A stretch of DNA of 64,000 nt from Mobula birostris (lineage: Eukaryota), in the NCBI RefSeq assembly GCF_030028105.1, contig NC_092379.1:21863309-21927308 (forward strand), written 5' to 3'. This document shows positions 38,255-48,999 of this stretch, one piece after another; the first letter of the stretch is position 1, and each line of letters opens with the position of its first letter. Both the position numbers and the translations under genes were made by a program. The notes under the pieces are model-generated. The model did not search any database. It had not been told where the DNA came from and worked only from the letters and a program-made list of their open reading frames with translations.

Positions 38255-38720
38255 TCAGTGCAGAGGATGTTCATCAGGTTGATTCCAGAGATGAAGGGGT
38301 TAACCTATGAGGAGAGATTGAGTTGCCTGGGCTGTACTCTCTCGAACTCAGAAGAATGAGAGGGGATCTTACAGAAACATAGACAATTTTGGAAGGGATA
38401 GACAAGGTAGAAATAAGAAAGTTGCTTCCATCGGTAGGTGAGACGAGAATGAAGGGACATTGCCTCAACATTCAGGGGAGAAGATTTAGTACGGAGATGA
38501 GGAGAAACTGTTTTTCCCAGAGAGTGGTGAATCTGTGGAATTCTCTGCCCAGGGAAGCAGTTGAGGCTTCTTCATTAAATATATTTAAGGATGATAGATT
38601 TTTGCATAGTAGGGGAATTAAGGGTTATGGGGAAAAGGCAGGTAGATGGAGCTGAGTTTACGGACAGATCAGCCATGATCTTATTGAATGGTGGGGCAGG
38701 CTCGATGGGCCAGATGGCCT
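38255..38720 (+). mobile_element. CR1 3' end
   Basis: MRRNCFSQRVVNLWNSLP motif and 3' tail. Confidence 0.85.
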
Positions 38721-38734
38721 ACTCCTGCTCCTAT

Positions 38735-40740
38735 TTCTTATGTTCTTATGTAAAACCACAGACAAAGGGGGTGCTGTTGTAGTGTGGCAGACTGACCTCT
38801 ACCTTAATGAAGCCAAGCAGCAATTCTCAGACACCTCCTCATACCTACCCCTTGAAGAGGACCCCACTCCAGACCATCAGAAAACTGTCTCCAACACCAT
38901 CACTGACCTCATCAATTCTGGAGAACTCCTATCCACTGCCTCCAAACTCATCGTTCCTGTACCCCACACTGCTTGCTTCCACCTTCTACCCAAGATCCAC
39001 AATCATAACTCTCTGGCAGGCCTATTGTCTCTGCCTGCTCCTGCCCCACTGAACTAGTGTCCTTATACCTTGACTCCATTCTATCTGCCTTGTTTCAATC
39101 CCTTCCCACCTCCATCAGCTGCACTTCTCATGCTCTCAACCTCCTCAGAAACTGTCAATTCTCTGGCCCTGACTTCCTCATTTTCACCATACATCTCTAG
39201 CTCCTAAATCTCCTTTCATGAAGGCCTTAAATCTCTCTGCTTCTTTCTCAATAAAAGGGCCATCCGATTCCCCACCAGAACCCTCTTCCATCTGGCAGAA
39301 CTGGTCCCCATCCTCATCAAATTTTCCTTCAGCTCCTCCCAGTTTCTCTATACTTTAGGGGTATTCATGGGCACCCTCATGGGCTCCAGCTATGCCGACA
39401 TCTTCACTGGCTGCGTAGAATAGTCCATGTTCCAAGCATTCCCAGGTGATGCTCCCCATCTTCCTCTGCTACATTGACAACTGCATTGGTGCTGCTTCAT
39501 GCACCCATGCTGAGTTCAGCAATTTCATCAAGGTTACCTCTAACTTCCGCCCTGTCCTTAACATCTCTTGGTCTATTTCCGACAACTCCCTTCACTTTCG
39601 TGATCTCTCTGTCTCCATCTCTGGAGACAAACTGTCAATGAGCTTCTTTTATAAACCTCTCAATTCCCACAGTTCTCTTGACTAAACCTCTTCCCACACT
39701 GTCTCCTGTATAAACGCTATTCCCTTTTCTCATTTCCATCATCTCCACCTCATCTGTTCCCAGGATGTGCCTTTTCCTTCCCAGGACATCAGAAATGTGT
39801 CCTTCTTCAAAGAATGGGATTTCCCTTCCTCCACCATTGACGCTGCCATCACCCGTATCTCTTCCCGTTCCCAAACATCCAGGCTCACACCATCTTTCCA
39901 CTACCTTATCAGTGATAGAGTTCCTTTTGTCATTACCTACTAACCCATGAGCTTCCGCATCTGACTCATCATCCTCCACAACTTCCACCATCTCTAAAGT
40001 TATCCAGTCCCCAAACATTTTACCTCTCTCCCCCACTTTCCGCAGCAATCTCTCTCTCTCTCTTTCTCTCTGTCTGATTCCCTTGTCCATTCGTTCTTCC
40101 CAACTAATCTCCCTCCCTGTACTTATCCCTGAAAGCAGCCAAAGTGCTGCACCTGCCCATTCACCTTCTAACTCACTTCCATTGAAACCCCAAATAGTCC
40201 TTCCAGGTGAGGCAACTCTTTACCTGCAAATCTACTGGGGTCATTTATTGTGTGCAGGGCTCCTGATAGGGCCTCCATCGTCAATTGGGAAGCCACTTCA
40301 TCCACCACCTCCATTCCATCTGACAAATGAGGCAACCCTGAAGGTGGAGGAGCAACAACTTACATTCCATCTGGGTGGCCTCCAACCTGATGACATGATA
40401 TCCATTTCTGCTCCCGGTAAAGAAAAAATTATCCTCCCCTCTCCTCTTCCTCTGTTCCTCACTCTGGCCTTTTACCTCTTCTCATCTGCCTATCACATCG
40501 CCTGGGTACCTCACTCCTTCCCTTTCTCCTGCGGTACATTCTCCTCTCCTATCAGATTCCTTCTTTTCCAGCCCTATACTTACCCCACGCACATGGCTTC
40601 CCCTATCACCTACCAGCAAATCTCCTTCCTTTACCTCTTCCTTTTTATACTGGCATCTTCCCCCCTTCCTTGTCAGTCCTGAAGAAGGGACTTGACCTGA
40701 AATGTTGACTGTTTATTCATTTCCATAGATGCTGCCATTT
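38735..40740 (+). mobile_element. Penelope-like element (RT plus GIY-YIG), degenerate
   Basis: TDKGGAVVVW..Y..EA..Q.SD..Y..L..DPT, F.LLPKIH, MGTLMGSSYA, YIDNCIG (YIDD-like), FQVRQ.FTC.S.GVIYC. Confidence 0.85.
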
Positions 40741-40919
40741 CCCAACAATGGTACATTTCATTTAGTTAGTGTCACACATGCACCAGATGAGCAGCAGCAA
40801 ACTTAATGGGGACAAGGAGCCCTCAAACAGTGATCCAACTCCTTTGACACGGATATCAAGTCTGATCAGTGGTTAGCACTGTCACGTCTTTGTCAAAAAG
40901 CCAATTATGCTAATTTCTT

Positions 40920-41247
40920 GAATCATTAGCTGACAGCTGATCATTGGAACTAATGCAGGAAGGGTTCAGACACCATAGATACAAAGACACCCATTTCTTC
41001 CCGAGTGTGCATCACCTTAAAAAACCTCATGTCGATAGTTCTTTATTTCCCATCTCCAAACATCTGTCTGGACCAGGAATCCACACCCCATCTTCCCTCT
41101 TGCTTCCATCCACCTGCCAGGTTACACTGAATCCCTGTAAATCACTGTGAACCACCTCACACAGAATGGTCGCTGTCCTCTTTGTCCAGATCTCTTCGAA
41201 GGGAGGTTTGCTTAAAGTGACTGAGGGGCGGGTATCTGAACAGTCAT
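40920..41247 (-). pseudogene. Ig heavy-chain constant exon, IgNAR C4-like (or IgW equivalent), disabled
   Basis: TTTCTCCCAG acceptor, phase 1; reads DCSDTRPSVTLSKPPFEEIWTKRTATILCEVVHSDLQGFSVTWQVDG..GV, matching recalled nurse shark NAR C4 (DCRQTDISVSLLKPPFEEIWTQQTATIVCEIVYSDLENIKVFWQVNG); stop at about 41027. Confidence 0.88.
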
Positions 41248-41762
41248 CTGGGAGAAACGTCACAATTATTACTTTACCATTCCAAAATGGATGAGTTTGT
41301 CACTGACAAGACCAACACTTCCTGTTTGTCTCTACTCAATGATTTGCCAGTCCCATCAAGATGAGAAGAGACCTATCTACAATGATGAGGAAAGGAATCT
41401 CCTCTATTGAGCCGACAGGGTGAACACCCTGAGGGAACGTAAATGAACAAGATTGCTCCTTACATTGTTTTTGCAGCTTCATGGTCACTGGCTGGGATTA
41501 TGTTGAATGTCAGAGGGGGAGAGTATTTTGAAGACAAGTATCAGGGATCTCCCAGGTGACTAGCCAGTGAAATACTTTGGATTCTCCTCAACCTAAGAGA
41601 GTATTTTCAGAGATACAATTACATCTGTGGCCACTCTTCTGGATTATCAGTTCAGACATAATCACACCAGGGCTGCACCACAGTTCAATATTGTCCTGGC
41701 CTAGCAGAGTTCGGAGTTCAATGTAAACAATTTCATGAATGGGGTGAGTTCCCGGACCCCAC

Positions 41763-42063
41763 CTTGCTTCTTGATACGGGTGTTGGAGGGGGGATGAATC
41801 ACTGTACAGCTGAAGACTGATTCTGACTTCCACTCCTGTAAGCTCACGGTCAGGAAGTATCTGGCACTGAAAGTCCACCCCTGCTCCAGAGCGGTCAGTG
41901 TAGCCCTGGTGTTGGAGGTGATCACGATGCTGCCTTTCCCCCAGGTGACATTTATTTGGTTCGGGTAGAATCCAGAGACCACACACTCCAGTGTGGCTGT
42001 TTTCCTATTCTTGGACTCTTCCTGAGGTGGAGGCTGTCAGATTTTGAATAAAGACAGACAATT
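41763..42063 (-). pseudogene. Ig heavy-chain constant exon, IgNAR C3-like (or IgW equivalent), frameshifted
   Basis: CCCACAG acceptor and CAAG|GTGGGG donor, 301 nt (3n+1); QPPPQEESKNRKTATLECVVSGFYPNQINVTW..TALEQGWTFSARYFLTVSLQEWKSESVFSCTVIHPPS versus recalled NAR C3 PPSPEE..ATLTCLIRGFYP..TALEQDLTFS..EWKSG..YTCTASHPPS. Confidence 0.9.
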
Positions 42064-43499
42064 CTGTGGGTTAGAAATGGAAATGCTCAGAATCTTACTG
42101 GAGATATTTCCATTGGTTGTGTTAGGTCCAGGCAGATCATCAGTACTTGACAGCTGCATTTAATGCAAAGAGAATAACAGAAATACTCAGGGCTGAATCA
42201 CGTCTCTCATATTCCTGTTAATTTTGATTGAGAAAAGAAAATCAGAACAAAGGATATGCTAACGAGGTTTTGAATCCCTTTCTAATAACTGTACCAATCG
42301 GTTCACTGTGAGACGGAGCTCTGTGAGACAGAGAAGCGTGCAGATTTCTCAGCAGAGACACAGCTCAGTATATTCTTTGTTTGGAGACTCAGTGCCATTG
42401 ATTAGTAACAGTGAGCACTGTGAATCAATGAGAATCCCTTTCTCCACCTGGGCTGAGCCTGGGATTCACTCAGTTTAATAACTTCACATCCCGACATTCC
42501 AGTCTCACTGTGGCTGTGCCTCTCCTCATCTCTGCAACCTTCACCACCCACACAAACTTCAGACAACATTGTATCCTTTCAACTCTGCTCACTCATACAC
42601 CTGCACTACTTCTGCTGGTGTCTGTGGTTTTAACATTCTTGCTGACAAACACTGAAGCCTCTGTCTCACTTGAAATGAGCAGCCATGGTCAGGGTGTATC
42701 CATAAGTTAGAGACTGATGATTTGGTTTTATGTGTTTGAATCCCAAGGTAGTTGAAATTCCAACAATAAATGTTTTTGGAATAAAAAATAGACTGTGAAA
42801 GGATTTGTACTGTTATAAGACCCATGCAGTTTGCTGTTGTTCCTCAGGTAAAGAAATCAATCATCCATATCTTGTCTGGCTGGTTTGTGACTCCTGCAGC
42901 AATACAGCTGAACCCGAATCACCATCAGGAATGAGCCAGCAAGTCCATCAGTTCTAGAGCGATCAGTGATTGATAGGAAATGATAAATGAATCAAACAGT
43001 TCTTTAATCAGGTTTTGGGTCACCTGTCCTCTAGCAAGTCGTGAGAGGACCTTTGTTTTGGGAATGGTTGCTGCAAGACCATTCATACATTTCAGTGATG
43101 ATAGACCTGAAAATACAGAAGCATAGTCTGTTTTCAGTAGCTCGCTGGCTGAGGTTGGAGTCACATCGGTTACGGATTGATGAATTTCTGTGTGGTCCTC
43201 GGGATCAGCTCCATGGCAGCAAAATTCAAAGGAATTGCATGGAGAGCCAGTGGCCATGATTTACTGCCAGGATCCAGTGACCTTCAAAAGTCTTATCCTG
43301 CACCAGACGTTGTCAACAGCACCAAGGCAAGCAATTTCTTTATCTGTCTCTAATTGTCCCTGACCACAGCATGGAGACACTGCAGTTCACAGGGTGTATA
43401 GACTAAAAGAATCGACCCAATAATTTCTGACACAGTATGGTAATACTGTCATGTAGAAATGGTGTCAAGGACTGTCTTTTCTGATGAGTTATCATCTTG

Positions 43500-43810
43500 G
43501 TCCTCAAAGCAAGAATGTGGCATCTGTGTGGAGTTTGCACATTGACCATGTGATTGCTCCTGATTTTCCAGTGTGCTCTGGGTTTCTTCAACGTCCCAAA
43601 GATGTACCTGAGGTCAGTTAACTGACCGATTCAAATCACCCTCGGCGTACAGGTGAAGTGTTCTGCAGGTAGCAAGGTGGGGGGAGGAGTTGGTGATCCA
43701 GGGGTGTACATTGATGAGAATGCGAGGAGAACTTAAATAATGTGATTAATATTAGATTAATGTAACCGTGTGGTTGATGGTTGGTGAGGACTCTGGGCTG
43801 AAGAGACTTT
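43500..43810 (+). mobile_element. V-SINE-like fragment
   Basis: TGTGTGGAGTTTGCAC...TTTTCCAGTGTGCTCTGGGTTTCTTC..CGTCCCAAAGA. Confidence 0.65.
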
Positions 43811-44199
43811 TTCCATTGCTGATTCATTCTATGTCTCCATCTCTACAGGGACGGAGAAGAAAATCAATTGTAAGTGTTGCTTTGGATAACAATCACAGGA
43901 GGTGACTCTGTCCCAACTAGTTGAAGGACAGTGGAGGGACAGTAGAAGGAACTGGTGTGGAAAAGCATTTCCAAGTTTATTGATTATTCGAAAATGGATT
44001 AATAAACTTTATCACAGAGACATAGAATGTAATCAGTGTCTCTGGAGAATTGATTATTTCTGCTGAGTTAATTTTGTTTAGGAAATTCGAGCAACAGCAT
44101 CTGTATGGGTTTATCCACATTGTCTTTACTTCTCCATGAAGATTGGAGATCAGAGTGAGATAGATTTCTTTCTACTACTCCATTTGGTTTTCAACTATT

Positions 44200-44770
44200 A
44201 AATCCTCTCAGACTGGCTGCATCACAGACTGGAATGGAAACACCAATGTCCTTGAATGGAAAATCCTACAAAAGGTATTGGATATGGCTCAATCCATTAC
44301 GGGTGAAGTCCTGCACACAAATGAACACATCTGCATGAAATGCTGCTGCAGGAAAGCTGCATCCATAATTATGAACCCCACCACCCAGGACATGCTCTCT
44401 TCTTGCTGCTTCCATCAGGAAGAACATACAGAAGCCTCAGGACTCACACCATCAGGTTCAGGAACAGCTATTACCCCTCAACCATCAGGCTGTGAACCAA
44501 AGGGGATAAATTCACTCAACCTCACTTGTCCCATCATTGAATGAGTCCCCACCTGTGGACTCACTTTCAAGGGCTCTTCATCTCATGTTCTTGATATTTA
44601 CTGTTTGTTTATTATTGTTACTTCTTTCTTTTTGTATTAGCACAGTGTGTTCTCCTTTGCACACTGGTTGGTATGGTCTTTCATTGATTGTATTATGGTT
44701 ATTATTCTATTATAGATTTATTGAGTATACCTGCATGAAAATGAATCTTGGGATTGTATATGATTATACT
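44200..44770 (+). mobile_element. Rex1/Babar-type LINE 3' fragment
   Basis: Similar to 15000-15560 (AQSITGEVL.T.EHI). Confidence 0.7.
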
Positions 44771-45699
44771 GGACTCCATGAGCTTTGGGTACAGCAGGTC
44801 TATCACATCATGGAGCTGCTCGTTGTTCAGAGTAGCCGACCAGTGTTTTGGAGAAGGAGGGTCCGGTCTGTGGGTCGGAGAAGGAGCAGGCCAGCGGATC
44901 GGAGGAGCTGGATTGGGTTCAGTGGAGCTGACCTGGATGCAGACTCTGCTGTTGTCTGCTACTTGAAGGCTCTGGGGCACGAAGGCAACAGGCAGTGAAA
45001 CCGTGAGTGACTGTCTTGAATGTTTCCCTTGTGATCGCAAGAGCTTGTTCAACATTGGTTTCCGCAAGCCTGTTTCCCTTCTTTGGTAGTGAGACAGACA
45101 GGAAAGTAGCAGTGTAGCATCAGTTTTAGCAAGGAATAGTACTCAAGCTGCGGGCTTGCCTGCTGTTGCAGTCCAGGTGAGGGTGGTGTAGTGTGGCATC
45201 CGCGCTCCGTTGAAGCGGGCCTTTCAGTGCTGCCCTCTGCTGTTCAATCAGAGGAATGACAGGTTAGGTTACTGGGAATCACCAGTTTGCTGGAATTTTC
45301 GCTCAGGGCCTTGAACTTAAATTGTGTTTTCTTGTGTGACTCATTTTTTTCTTTCTCACTATCTTGAATGTGCTTATGTTTTGCACCTTGGCCCCAGAGG
45401 AACAGTGTCTCATTCAGCTGCATCCATGTATGGTTGAATGATAATTAAACTTGATTTAATTTGATATGGTGACATATATGTACTCTGATAATAAATTTAT
45501 TTTGACCTTTATTAAAACTGTAACTTCCTCAGGTCTGGAGAAATGTTTTGACCTGAGATATTGCTTTGTTTCTCTCTCCATAGGTACTGCCTGTCATCTA
45601 TTTTCATGTGTTTGTCTATGATTTGCAACATTTGTGGTTAGCTTCCCTCAGTGACTGTTTCATTCTGCAAGTTGTAACTCAGATGACAATTTGGACTGA

Positions 45700-47640
45700 A
45701 GGTCATTTGCTTACTGCCCATTATGCTGCTGATGTTTAGGGCAGCAATGAAGGTCCTCCATCTCTGTCTGTACTTGGCCATCTTCTCCATTGTGCCCCAG
45801 GTATGGTTCAGGGTCCTCATTTCTGCCTCTGTGATACGGTGCCACATTGCCTTTGGTCTCCTGTGTTTCCTCCACTCTTCAGGGATCCAGTGAAGTCTTG
45901 ATGATGGAATTGGCCTCATCACATTTCGAATCACCTCCAAAGTTTCCTCATAGTGATTGTGGCCATGTCTGCTTAACATTTGTTCTTCATACAACACTAT
46001 CTGTCTCACTGTTTTCTGCTCTCCCACTTTCCAATCTGAACCAGACTGTCTTTTGAATCAGCCCCTATTCTTTATTAAGGAGTACAGTGGCTCATTTGTG
46101 TCCATGAAAAGCCTTCAATGATAAATAATTGGATTAAGTCAGCCAGCAGCAACCCCGTGAATTTAGACAGTAGTTTCAATATGGATTTGATCTGAACTCT
46201 TATTCATGGGACTGATCTTTAGCATTTTTTTGCCACTTTTGCTATTTTACAGCAGTGTCGACATGATCATTGGCATCTCATGAGTTCGCACACTTGGTGA
46301 TACACATTGCCTGCCCAGCTACACTCCAGTTCATTCCCTCCACCACTGATGCACCATGGATATTGTCTGTCTGGTGTTTAAGAGTATTTTTCTTCTCTGT
46401 AATGCAATCTGAGCAGGTTTTATCTTGCTTCAGTGATGATTACATTCTGCCTGTGGTAGCCTAGATGTTAATTTGTACTGACATGATGCAGTTTCTTTTC
46501 AGCCATCAATGCTGCCGAAATCGCTGTGTTTCTCCAGCAGATTGTGCATTGCTCTGGATTCCAGCATCTGCAGTCTCTTGTGACTGAATTGAATTTGAAT
46601 TGATGGAAAGCATCTGGTACCTTGCAGTAACAACCTGTAACCTCTAGGGGTCAGAGGAACACCTCTGAAATAAGGTATTGTGGTTTAGGTCAAACTGGCT
46701 GCTGTGATAGCAAGCTCAAGCCACTAGGTGTCAGTGTTACAGACAGACAGAGAGGGGCTGCTGGATTGTTCTGGTGAAACAATGAACAGGAAGAGTCTAT
46801 TGTGCCAGGAGATCCTGAGATGACAGGAGCTCTTCAGGTGAATATGTCACATTGCAATGTGACTTCCTCCCACACACTAAAGAATTAATTCACCAATGTA
46901 AATTGCCCTTAGTGTACATTGATAGAATCCTGCAGGGATTTAGCACAAATTATCCATGCCATCCAAGATGACAATTGAAGCCAGTCCCATTTCCCAGTAT
47001 TTGGTCCACAACCTTCCAAAATGTTCCTTTCCATGTGCCTGTCCAAATAACTTAGAAAAGTTGTTATTTACCGAACTCAACCAGTTCCTATGGTAGCATA
47101 TTCCATATTTCCACAATTTCTTGAAGCACCTATTAAATCTTGGCCCTGTCAACTGAAATCTAAGCCCTCTGGCTCTCAATTTACCAATCTTAAGTAAAAT
47201 TCTGAGTGGATTCAACACAGCTGCGTCCTCATGATTTCATCAAATCTCCCCTCGTTCTCCTACACTCCAAGGAATAAAGCCTTCGCCTGTCCAAGTTCTC
47301 CCTATAACTCAGTCTGTAGACTCCTGACAGCATCCTTGTAAACCCTTTCTGCATTATTTCCAGTATAATTATATCTTTCTTTCAGCTTGGTGAATAAAAT
47401 GAACACAGTACTTCAAGTGCAGCCCCACCAGTGCCTTGTACAACTGCTCCATGACCACCCAACATTTAGAATCACTGTTCTGTCTAAATAATTCCAGCAG
47501 GCCAAAACTATTCCTCACCATCCTATCTAACCCTGATAACACTCTCTGTGAACCATGTGCTTGAATTCCAATGTCCCTCTGTTCCACAACATTTCCCAGG
47601 GCCCAGCCATTTACCATGAATATCCTGCATTGCAACACCT
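45700..47640 (-). repeat. Duplicated block 3 (RTE tail + module A3 + SINE + old CR1), inverted paralog of 35190-37910
   Basis: Reverse complement is collinear with block 2; parallel ORFs MVRNSFGLLELF..MEQLYKALV.LHLKY.VHFIHQA and MVRNGFGMLVLF..MEQLYKAPV.LHLQY.VHFIHQA. Confidence 0.8.
46585..46860 (-). repeat. Unclassified module, copy A3
   Basis: Reverse complement of the A2-type core. Confidence 0.8.
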
Positions 47641-47899
47641 CACACTGATCTGAACTAAAAAAAAAACAGATGCTACTGCTCTGCCTATTTGCTCAGCTGA
47701 TCAATATACTCCTGTAAGTTTCGATCATCTCCTTCGCAGTTCACTTTGCTGCATACTTTAAGGTCATATACACAGTTACTAAAGATGCCTTGTACATTCT
47801 TATCCAAATCTTTGATGCAGATGATAAACAACAGATGGCACAGCACTAATCCCTGAAGTCCGCCATTTCTCTGGATCTACTCCCTGTGGACCCAGAACT

Positions 47900-48420
47900 G
47901 TGTGGCCAGGTACAGCACCAACTCATCGACCAGCTTCAAGTTCCTCGGCACCCAATTCACCAGCAACCTCACCAGGTCCCTTCACACTGATGATGTGATC
48001 AAGAAAGCTCATTAGCATATTCCTTTTGTTACGTGTCGGAGATTTATTATGTCTGCCAGGTATCTCAAATTTCTACAGACTTGCGTAGAAAGCACCTCGA
48101 CCACTTGCATCACACTCTTGTACGGCAACTCCTCTGCTCTTGACCGTCTGAACCCGAAGAGAGTGCTAAACACAGCCCAGTCCATCAGAGGCTTGTTAAT
48201 TCCTCCCATCCAGTCTGTCTTCACGGTGCATTGCCTCAGGAGGACTCATGGTGTTGTCAAAGACGCATACCATGCTGACCATTCCCTTTTCAGTCTTCTA
48301 TATTCTGGAGAATGTCGAGAAGCTGGAAAACACGAATATCCAGACTGAAGAAAATCTTTCCCGTTGATATCAGTCTCCTGAGCGGATCAATTATTTCACA
48401 TCTCCTTCCTGGTGGTGTTG
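47900..48420 (+). mobile_element. Rex1/Babar-like RT C-terminal remnant
   Basis: AGCTTCAAGTTCCTCGG (SFKFLG), CTTGTACGGCAAC (WYGN-like), AQSI motifs. Confidence 0.55.
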
Positions 48421-48999
48421 CCACGTTCTCATACCATTCTCTTGTTCATTCTGTTTCTGACATTGTAGTGTGTTGTTTTGTGGCATTACCTCAGACTGCA
48501 CAACAATCCTTGTAGCATTGTGCTGTTTCTCTGCCTATAAATGTATTTCCTATCATCATGTGTATTGGCAGCTCTATCAGTTTCACGTGAAGAAGGAATT
48601 TGATTGCACCCTGGTGTGCATGGCAATAAACGAACCTAATTTAATTTCATACCGTATCTGAGGGACCATTTTTAATAGGTATGTTTAATATTAGAGAAAT
48701 GTATACAATATACATCCTGAAATTCTTTTTCTTTGAAAACATCCACGAAAACAGACAAGTATCCCGAAGAATGAATGAGAGTTAAATTTAGAACCCGAAA
48801 GCACCCCTAGCTCCCCCCTCCCATGCACAAGCAGCAGAAAAGCAACGCGCCCCCTCACCACCCCCAGCAAAAAAGCATTGGCGCCCTCCACTGAACACGC
48901 AAGCATGTAGCAAAGCATCACTAAAGACACAGACTTGCCGTACTCCAAACACTACTCGTTCATAAATTTACATACCACAGGCTCTCTCTCTCCCTAATA

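Noticed and set aside
42304-42512. Three CACTGTG heptamers (42304, 42416, 42506)
   Set aside because: None has a credible nonamer at 12 or 22-23 nt spacing
42880-43120. Acceptor-like TTTTCAG followed by GDPKP and FLSITD fragments (I-set/V-like)
   Set aside because: Multiple stops and no consistent domain spacing; indistinguishable from chance by eye
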